This document shows positions 57,737 to 64,000 of a stretch of 64,000 nucleotides of DNA, piece by piece; the first letter of the stretch is position 1, and the number at the start of each line of letters is the position of its first letter. A program made the position numbers and the translations under genes. The notes beneath the pieces were generated by a model, which ran no database searches, was not told the origin of the DNA, and saw only the letters and a program-made list of their open reading frames with translations. This DNA is from Alphaproteobacteria bacterium (GTDB lineage Bacteria; Pseudomonadota; Alphaproteobacteria; MPNO01): assembly GCA_965248835.1 (NCBI GenBank), contig CBDFLJ010000001.1:640001-704000 (forward strand), read 5' to 3'.

Positions 57737-58825
57737 ATGGATTTCGGGTATTTCACGCTGAGCGACAACCATTACCGGAACAACCAGCGCACGGCGAACC
57801 AGTACATCCAGGACATAACCGAGGAGGCGATCTACGCCGAGCAGGTCGGGATGCATTCGGCGTGGATCGGCGAGCATCATTTCTCGACCTTGGGCTGCCT
57901 GTCCTGCCCGGACATCGTCCTGGGCTACGTCGCCGCGCGGACCGCCCACATCCGCCTCGCGCCGGCCGTCAACGTGCTGCCGCTGCACCACCCGATCCGT
58001 GTCGCCGAGCAATGGGCGACGCTCGACCTGCTGAGCGGCGGCCGGGTCGATTTCGCGACCGGGCGCGGCTACGACAAGCGCGAATACCTGCCGTTCAAGG
58101 CGCCCTACGAGAACAACACCGAAGCCTTCGCCGAGGGGCTGGAAGTGCTGGGGCGGCTGTGGACCGAGGCCGAGCCGGTCACCCACAAGGGGACGTTCTA
58201 CGCGTTCGAGAACATCTCGATCACGCCCAAGCCGGTCCAGGTGCCGCTGCCGATCTACGTCGCCTGCTTCTCCAGGCCGTCGATCGAGCTGGCCGGCCGG
58301 CTGGGCCACAACGCGGTCGTCGCGCCGTTCGCCGCGGCGATGCAGTTCGGCGGGCTCGCGGAGATGGCCGAGATCTACCACGAGTCCTGCGCCAAGCACG
58401 GCAACAGCCCGGGGCGCCTGATCTGCAGCTACTTCACCCACCTCGTCGACGGTGCCGAAGAGGATCACGCCGCCCGGGTGAGCCAGGTGCGCTACTTCCA
58501 GGAATGCTGCATCGAAGCGTTGCCGCAGGACCTCAAGACCGCGCCGCCGACCTATGCCTATTTCGTCGACATGGTGAAGAATTTGAAGTCGATGAAGCCC
58601 GAGAACCTGACCGACAAGTCGGTGCTTGTGGGCAGCCCCGACGCGATCACTCAGACGCTAAAGTCGGTCGAGGCCGCCGGGTTCGACGAGGTCATCCTCT
58701 ATTTCAACGTCGGGCTCAAGGCGCACGGCCGGGTCAAGGAGGAGATGCAGCGCTTCATGGAGGAGGTCGCCCCGGCGTTCGACGGCGACCACCGCCGCGC
58801 GAGCGCCCGGGTGGCGGCCGAATAG
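57737..58825 (+). CDS. luciferase-like (LLM) flavin-dependent oxidoreductase
   Basis: WIGEHHF, AARTAHIRL, LPLHHPIRVAE..ATLDLLSGGRV..GRGY, LVGSPD. Confidence 0.92.
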   Translation: MDFGYFTLSDNHYRNNQRTANQYIQDITEEAIYAEQVGMHSAWIGEHHFSTLGCLSCPDIVLGYVAARTAHIRLAPAVNVLPLHHPIRVAEQWATLDLLSGGRVDFATGRGYDKREYLPFKAPYENNTEAFAEGLEVLGRLWTEAEPVTHKGTFYAFENISITPKPVQVPLPIYVACFSRPSIELAGRLGHNAVVAPFAAAMQFGGLAEMAEIYHESCAKHGNSPGRLICSYFTHLVDGAEEDHAARVSQVRYFQECCIEALPQDLKTAPPTYAYFVDMVKNLKSMKPENLTDKSVLVGSPDAITQTLKSVEAAGFDEVILYFNVGLKAHGRVKEEMQRFMEEVAPAFDGDHRRASARVAAE

Positions 58826-58828
58826 CGC

Positions 58829-60313
58829 TCAGGACGCCGCGCTCAGACGCAGCCCCTTGGCTACGCAGGCGCGCTCGGCAAGCTCGAACAGGCCCTGGAC
58901 GAGCAGCGCGAGCAGCGCGGCCGGCACCGCGCCCTCGAGGATCAGCCCGGTGTCATCGAGCCGGATCCCGGTGAGGATCGGCTGGCCGTAGCCGCCGGCG
59001 CCGATCAGCGCGCCGAGCGTCGCCGTGCCGACATTGATCACCGCGGAGGTCTTGATGCCGGCGAGGATCGCGCGCGCGGCGATCGGCAACTCGACCAGGC
59101 GCAGCTTGGCCGCTTGCCCGAGCCCCAGGGCATCGGCCGATTCGATCACCGACGGCGCTATGTCGTGGAACCCGGCATGGGTGTTGCGGACGATCGGCAG
59201 CAGGCTGTAGAGGAAAAGGGCCACGACCGCCGGCGGGCCGCCGATGCCCAGAAGCGGGATCATGAACACGAACAGCGCAAGCGACGGGATCGTCTGCACG
59301 ATGCCGGTCACCGCCAGGATCACCTGGCCGGTCCGCGGCCGGCGCGCGGCGTAGACCCCGAGCGGCACCGAGACCCCGATCGCGGCACCCAGCGAGACGG
59401 CGACCAGGGCCAGATGCTCCAGCGTGTTGCGGACCAGCCGGTCGATGATATTCGACCCGGCGCCGCTGGCCGCCAGGCCGAGCTTCGACGCCAGGAAGTC
59501 GGCCGCGACCACCGCTTCGGGTTCGCGGTCGAGCTTGACGCGCCTGTTGAGCCCGGCCATTGCAGTCTCGTCGATCAGCCCGGCCAGACGGGCGAAGGCG
59601 GCCGCCACATCGGGCGCCCGCGCCGCCAGATCCCGGCGGTGGACGATAACCGCCTTGTAGATCGGGAAATAGCCAAGGTCGTCGACGAGCAGCCTGAGGC
59701 GGTAATAGCTGATCTCGGCATCGGTGGTGTAGACGTCCATCGCATCGATGCTGCCAGCCTCGAGCCCGCGATAGGCCAGGTCGTGGTCGAGCCCGCGGAC
59801 CTCGGACTGCGGCAGGCGGTAGCGGGCCTTGAGCCCGGGCCAGCCGTCGTGGCGGTCCATGAACTCGTTGCCGAACCCGAACCGGAGTCCGGCGTGGCCG
59901 CGCAGATCCGAGATCCTTGAAATGCCCAGGCGGTCGGCGTGCTGGGGAGGCATGCCGATCGCATAGGTGTTGTTGAACCCCAGCGGTGCGCCCATGACGA
60001 TGCCCAGCGGCGCCAGCGCGCCCCGGATCGCATCCTCGCCGGCGAGGCCCCGCCCGGCCAGGATCTCCTGGCTCAGCGTGCCGGTATATTCGACATAGGC
60101 GTCGATATCGCCGCGCTTGAGCGCCTCCCACAACACGCGGGTGCCACCGAGTTCGCGGCGATGGTGCGCCTGCGCCCCTGCGCCGGTCGCGAGCTGGACC
60201 AGCATCTCGCCCAGGATCACCGACTCGGTGAATTTTTTCGAGCCGATGCGGATGTCCTGGCCCAGCGCCGCGGTGCTTGCGAACACCAGGACGGCGAGCA
60301 GGAGCCTCAGCAT
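58829..60313 (-). CDS. glycine betaine/choline-type ABC transporter, fused substrate-binding and permease
   Basis: IGSKKFTES.ILGE, YVEYTGT, LGFNNTYAI, QTIPSLAL, LLPIVRNT, ALIGAGGYG. Confidence 0.92.
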   Translation of the reverse strand: MLRLLLAVLVFASTAALGQDIRIGSKKFTESVILGEMLVQLATGAGAQAHHRRELGGTRVLWEALKRGDIDAYVEYTGTLSQEILAGRGLAGEDAIRGALAPLGIVMGAPLGFNNTYAIGMPPQHADRLGISRISDLRGHAGLRFGFGNEFMDRHDGWPGLKARYRLPQSEVRGLDHDLAYRGLEAGSIDAMDVYTTDAEISYYRLRLLVDDLGYFPIYKAVIVHRRDLAARAPDVAAAFARLAGLIDETAMAGLNRRVKLDREPEAVVAADFLASKLGLAASGAGSNIIDRLVRNTLEHLALVAVSLGAAIGVSVPLGVYAARRPRTGQVILAVTGIVQTIPSLALFVFMIPLLGIGGPPAVVALFLYSLLPIVRNTHAGFHDIAPSVIESADALGLGQAAKLRLVELPIAARAILAGIKTSAVINVGTATLGALIGAGGYGQPILTGIRLDDTGLILEGAVPAALLALLVQGLFELAERACVAKGLRLSAAS

Positions 60314-61059
60314 CGCCGGTCCTCCAGCGCCTGGATCAGCCCGCGCTGGGCGGTCACGAAACGCTCGACGAAGGGCTCGGCCGGGGTGCCGATCAACGCC
60401 TCGATCGTTCCCTGCTGGACGATCCGACCCTCACGCAGCAGCACGATGCGGTCGCCGAAATAGCCGGCCTCGCCGATGTCGTGCGTGACCAGGACGACGG
60501 TCTTGGCAAGCCGGCGGAAGATCTCGCGCAGCTCGGCCTGCAGGTCGTAGCGGATCATCGGATCCAGCGCGCCCAGCGGCTCATCCAGCAGCAGCACGTC
60601 GGGGTCCAGCATCAGCGCGCGCATCAGGCTCACCCGCTGGCGCTGGCCGCCCGAAAGCTGCGCCGGAAACCGATCGAGCCCGTCGACCGGGAACGCGGTG
60701 AGCGCGCTCAGCGCCATCAGCCGGTCCTGGATGCGCCCGGCAGGCCAGCCGACGTGCCGCGCCATCAGGCACACGTTGCCGCGCGCGGTCAGATGGGGAA
60801 ACAGGCCGCCGTCCTGGATGACGTAGCCCATGCGCCGGCGCAGCGCGGACGCGTTTTCCGGCCCGACCCGCTGACCGGCGAACCGGACCTCGCCCTGATC
60901 GGCGCGCACCAGCCCGATCATCAGCCGCAGCAGGGTCGACTTGCCGCAGCCCGACGGCCCGATCAGGACCGTCGTGGCGCCGACATCGATCTCCAGATCG
61001 ACGGGGCCGAGCACCCGCGCGCCGGAGAACGTTTTTTCCACCCCGCTCAGCGTGAACAT
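60307..61059 (-). CDS. ABC transporter ATP-binding protein (OpuA/OsmV-like)
   Basis: GPSGCGKST, GYVIQDGGLFPH, LSGGQRQR, LLDEPLGALD, VTHD. Confidence 0.94.
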   Translation of the reverse strand: MFTLSGVEKTFSGARVLGPVDLEIDVGATTVLIGPSGCGKSTLLRLMIGLVRADQGEVRFAGQRVGPENASALRRRMGYVIQDGGLFPHLTARGNVCLMARHVGWPAGRIQDRLMALSALTAFPVDGLDRFPAQLSGGQRQRVSLMRALMLDPDVLLLDEPLGALDPMIRYDLQAELREIFRRLAKTVVLVTHDIGEAGYFGDRIVLLREGRIVQQGTIEALIGTPAEPFVERFVTAQRGLIQALEDRRC

Positions 61060-61072
61060 GGCGCGTCCCCGA

Positions 61073-62053
61073 TCAGCTATCCCACGTCGTGTCGTGGAAC
61101 AGGCTGTCGACGCTGACCGGCGCTTCGATCAGGCGCTGGTCGTGGGCGTAGGAGATGAACCGTTCGAGGTTCGCGCGGTTGGCGGCGATGCCCGACGGCC
61201 AGGGGTCCGGCCCCATGGCAGCGACCTGGTCCTCGAAGTCGTTGCGGGCGAATGCGAGGCTCGCATAGCCCGGATCCTCGTAGAACGCCCGTGCCTGGGT
61301 CTTGGCGTCCTCCCACATATCCATCAGTGCGCGGGCGAGCCAGGGATGTTGCTCGATCAGCGCACGCCTGAACGCGAACAGGTGCATGATCGGGTAGTAG
61401 CCGTGTTTGGCGTAATAGGCCATCGCCTCGGCGCGGCGGTCGGGGAACAGCGTGCGCACCCGGTCCCCGGCCTCCAGCACGGAAGGCGGCGGGTGGGGAT
61501 GGATCATCGCATCGGCCGCGCCCTCGACGAGCATCCGGCCGACATCGACGTCCGGTCCGACGCGCTCGACCTCCAGGCCCCTGTCGTCGGCCAGCGGCAG
61601 GGCCTCCTCGGAGCTGACGATCCAGCGGATCCTGTCCCACGCTACGCCGTATTCGAACTTCAAATCGCCCAGCGCCAGCACCGACATCGTGGTCTGGAAG
61701 GTCCGCACGATGACCCGTCTGCCGATCAGGTCGGCGGGTTTGTCGATGCCGGAAGCCGCGTTGACGAAAATATGGTTCTGCGAGAACAGCCGACGCGGGA
61801 AGACCGGGATGCCGACGAATGGCGCGCCGCGGCTGACGGCCATGATGTGCGAGCACAGCGAGGTCTCGGCGATGTCGAACTCGCCATCCCGGAGGAACCG
61901 GCGGTGGCGGTCGATGCCGTCACGCCGCGGCGGCGCCATGCCGACCTCCAGCGGCCGCAGCCGCAGGCCCTCGGGCGGGCTGAGCGTGCCCATGAAGAAC
62001 GGCACGTGCCGATCGTAGCGTTCGAGCGCGATCGAGAGGTCGAGATCTGCCAT
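61073..62053 (-). CDS. 4,5-dihydroxyphthalate decarboxylase-like / periplasmic-binding-fold protein (no signal peptide)
   Basis: YDRH, EFDIAETSL, IPVFPRR.F, DLIGRRV....FQTT, YPIMH, DPWPSG...NR, DQRLI. Confidence 0.75.
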   Translation of the reverse strand: MADLDLSIALERYDRHVPFFMGTLSPPEGLRLRPLEVGMAPPRRDGIDRHRRFLRDGEFDIAETSLCSHIMAVSRGAPFVGIPVFPRRLFSQNHIFVNAASGIDKPADLIGRRVIVRTFQTTMSVLALGDLKFEYGVAWDRIRWIVSSEEALPLADDRGLEVERVGPDVDVGRMLVEGAADAMIHPHPPPSVLEAGDRVRTLFPDRRAEAMAYYAKHGYYPIMHLFAFRRALIEQHPWLARALMDMWEDAKTQARAFYEDPGYASLAFARNDFEDQVAAMGPDPWPSGIAANRANLERFISYAHDQRLIEAPVSVDSLFHDTTWDS

Positions 62054-62089
62054 CGCTTGTTCCCCCCGCAGGTCCGGTCCGGTTGCCGA

Positions 62090-63268
62090 TTATCGCTGCC
62101 GTGCGAGGAAGACGATACCGATCGTGAGCACGCTGAACAGGGCGGCGATCCAGAAGACGCCTTCCGGCGCGCCGCGGTCCATCACCCAGCCGTAGAGGAT
62201 CGGCGCGGTTCCCATGCCGACGTTGAACCCGGTGGTGACGAAGCCGAACACCGCCCCGGTCGCGCCCGCCGGGACGTGGCTGCGCAACAGGATATCGCGG
62301 CTGGGATTGACCACGCCGCGGAAGATCCCGGCGATCAAGAACGCGATCACCACGACCCAGAAGGCGATCGCGCCGGTTGCGATCGCCATCAGCAGCAAGG
62401 CGACGATGGCGTAGCTGATGCCGAGCACGGCATCATGGCGGCCCCAGCGGTCGGCGACGAACCCGCCCGCGGCGACGCCGAGGCCGATGAAGACGTAATA
62501 GACAGTCAGCACCCCGCCGGCGAGCTCCTGGCCCACGTCGTACAGGTCGATGAAGGCGACGATCGAGAACGCGCTCAGACCGGAGCCGGCCGCCGCCGAG
62601 AGGACGTAGAATCCGAAAAAGGCAAGGATCGTCGGATTGACGATGATGCCGAGGTCGATCTTCGGCCGTCTGGTCTCGCCCGGCCGGTCGTCGCGGAGCG
62701 CGCCCAGGACCGGCAACATCATCGCGGCGAGCGCGATGCCTGCCATCCCGGCCACAACCAGTGCCGTTCGCCAGTCCCAAATGCCGGCCAGGAACAGCAG
62801 CGTCACCGGTGCCGCGGCGAAGCCCAGCGATCCGCTCAGCGAATGGGCGCTGAACGCGCGGCCCATGCGGCTTTCGGTGATCGAGGACGACAGAATCGCG
62901 AAATCGGCCGGATGGAAAACGCTGTTGCCGACCCCGGCGAGGACCAGCGCCGCAACGATCTGCCAATAGGACTCGGCCGCACCGACGGCGACGAACGCCA
63001 GGCCGTTGAGGAACAGTCCGGCGACCAGCACCCAACGCGCGCCGATGCGGTCGACCAGGAAGCCCACCGGTGTCTGCAGGCACGCGGTCGCGATGTTGTA
63101 GGCCGCCACGGCCGCGCCCAGCGCGGTGAAGCTCACCTCGATATCGGCGCGGATCAGGTGGAACAGCGGCGGCAGGGCGAGCTGGTAGAAATGGCTCAGG
63201 AAATGGCCGGGGCAGACCAGCCCCAGCGTCCGGATGTCGCTGCCGAGCGCCTTTGAGGTGGCGACCAT
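62090..63268 (-). CDS. MFS transporter (Fsr-like)
   Basis: About 12 hydrophobic segments, GFLVDRIGAR, GNSVFHP, GGFVADRWGR. Confidence 0.9.
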   Translation of the reverse strand: MVATSKALGSDIRTLGLVCPGHFLSHFYQLALPPLFHLIRADIEVSFTALGAAVAAYNIATACLQTPVGFLVDRIGARWVLVAGLFLNGLAFVAVGAAESYWQIVAALVLAGVGNSVFHPADFAILSSSITESRMGRAFSAHSLSGSLGFAAAPVTLLFLAGIWDWRTALVVAGMAGIALAAMMLPVLGALRDDRPGETRRPKIDLGIIVNPTILAFFGFYVLSAAAGSGLSAFSIVAFIDLYDVGQELAGGVLTVYYVFIGLGVAAGGFVADRWGRHDAVLGISYAIVALLLMAIATGAIAFWVVVIAFLIAGIFRGVVNPSRDILLRSHVPAGATGAVFGFVTTGFNVGMGTAPILYGWVMDRGAPEGVFWIAALFSVLTIGIVFLARQR

Positions 63269-63296
63269 GACCGGCTCCCGCGACGGCGGGCCGGGG

Positions 63297-63458
63297 CTAG
63301 CGCCTGCGGCAGGTCACAACCGCAAGCCCGACGGCCAGCGCGACCGCAAGGCCCGCCCAGGCCTCGGTTCCGGTGACGCCTTCGTGATGGGCCGCGGCCA
63401 GGCCCGGCGCGAATGTCGCCACGGCGGCAATGAGCGGGATCGGGAAACGCTTCGTCAT
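63297..63458 (-). CDS. unannotated 53-aa protein: signal peptide, His-His, TM, RRR
   Basis: Manual translation MTKRFPIPLIAAVATFAPGLAAAHHEGVTGTEAWAGLAVALAVGLAVVTCRRR*; fills the gap between the eutA-like gene and the MFS gene on the same strand. Confidence 0.6.
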   Translation of the reverse strand: MTKRFPIPLIAAVATFAPGLAAAHHEGVTGTEAWAGLAVALAVGLAVVTCRRR

Positions 63459-63494
63459 TCGCACTTTCGACACCTTGGGTTGGATGATTTCGCT

Positions 63495-64000
63495 CTAACG
63501 GCCGAGATGGGCTGCCGCGCTCGCATCGGCGCTCGCATCGGGCGTGGAAAAGAGCAGCGACTTGATGATCAGCGGGACCACCTCGGTCGGGTGGATCATC
63601 GCGCCGATGTCGACATAGTCGAGGTCCTTGAGCTGGACCCCATCGACGGAAACGATGTCGACGCCGATGGCGAGTTCGTCCTTGAGGATGTGGCCGATCG
63701 TCCCGCCGGCATCGCCTTCCATCATCAGCACGACGGGACGGCGGTTGCCGATCACCCGGGCCAGCCCGGTGCGGATTCCGCTCGCCAGGTGGTGCAGCCG
63801 AGCATGGAGAGGCAGCCCGGCCCACTTGAAGGCAAGCGCGACGTTGGTGTCTTCGGGCTGGATGTCGTTGCGCGCCAGCGCGGCGGCGATCTCGGCTGCG
63901 ACCGCCGCCGGGTCGATGTCGCCGGAAAGATCGGTCCGGATGCGCACCACCGGCACGTTGCGCAGCGGCAGCACGTCCTCGCTTGAGACCATGATCGTGT
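63495..64000 (-). CDS. EutA-like (ethanolamine ammonia-lyase reactivase family) protein, C-terminal part
   Basis: LPLRNVPV, GDAGGTIGHIL, VSVDGVQL.DLDYVDIG....VVPLIIKSLLF; runs off the right edge. Confidence 0.8.
   Translation of the reverse strand, partial: TIMVSSEDVLPLRNVPVVRIRTDLSGDIDPAAVAAEIAAALARNDIQPEDTNVALAFKWAGLPLHARLHHLASGIRTGLARVIGNRRPVVLMMEGDAGGTIGHILKDELAIGVDIVSVDGVQLKDLDYVDIGAMIHPTEVVPLIIKSLLFSTPDASADASAAAHLGR

Noticed and set aside
57329-64000. tRNA-anchored genomic island or prophage
   Set aside because: No integrase, no duplicated tRNA 3' end and no visible GC shift within the window.

Overview
High-GC chromosomal window of an alphaproteobacterium, most like Rhodospirillales. 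The assignment rests on ccrM, hemA (ALA synthase), a GAAC-N7-GAAC LexA box, a separate Fo operon with b and b' subunits, and the tldD-cox-M32-thrC-M16 synteny. Most of it is core genome: aroC/fabI/pdxH, hemA, Moco genes (moaA, fdhD, mobA, moaB), ubiA, rsmE, gshA, tldD, thrC, thrB, rnhA, ispH, a tandem glycine riboswitch with gcvT-H-PA-PB, atpI-B-E-F'-F, smc, mutY, ccrM, rnhB, ETF-QO, ispE and tRNA-Gln. After the tRNA comes an accessory block: TusA, an LLM monooxygenase, an osmolyte ABC transporter, a decarboxylase-like protein, an MFS transporter and an EutA-like protein. The most striking observation is the aa3-type oxidase locus. coxB, ctaG, coxC and surf1 are absent from their usual positions, and two short ORFs coupled to the downstream gene sit in their place. 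The remaining full-length CoxA keeps all six metal-ligand histidines and the proton-channel residues, but carries many substitutions in normally invariant periplasmic motifs that face subunit II. Also notable: a GIY-YIG nuclease-like gene between fdhD and mobA, a glycosyltransferase with no canonical start codon, and an unannotated 53-aa signal-peptide/TM microprotein. No CRISPR array, integrase, transposase or prophage was seen. All calls come from motif recognition by eye; no searches were run, and start codons are best estimates.
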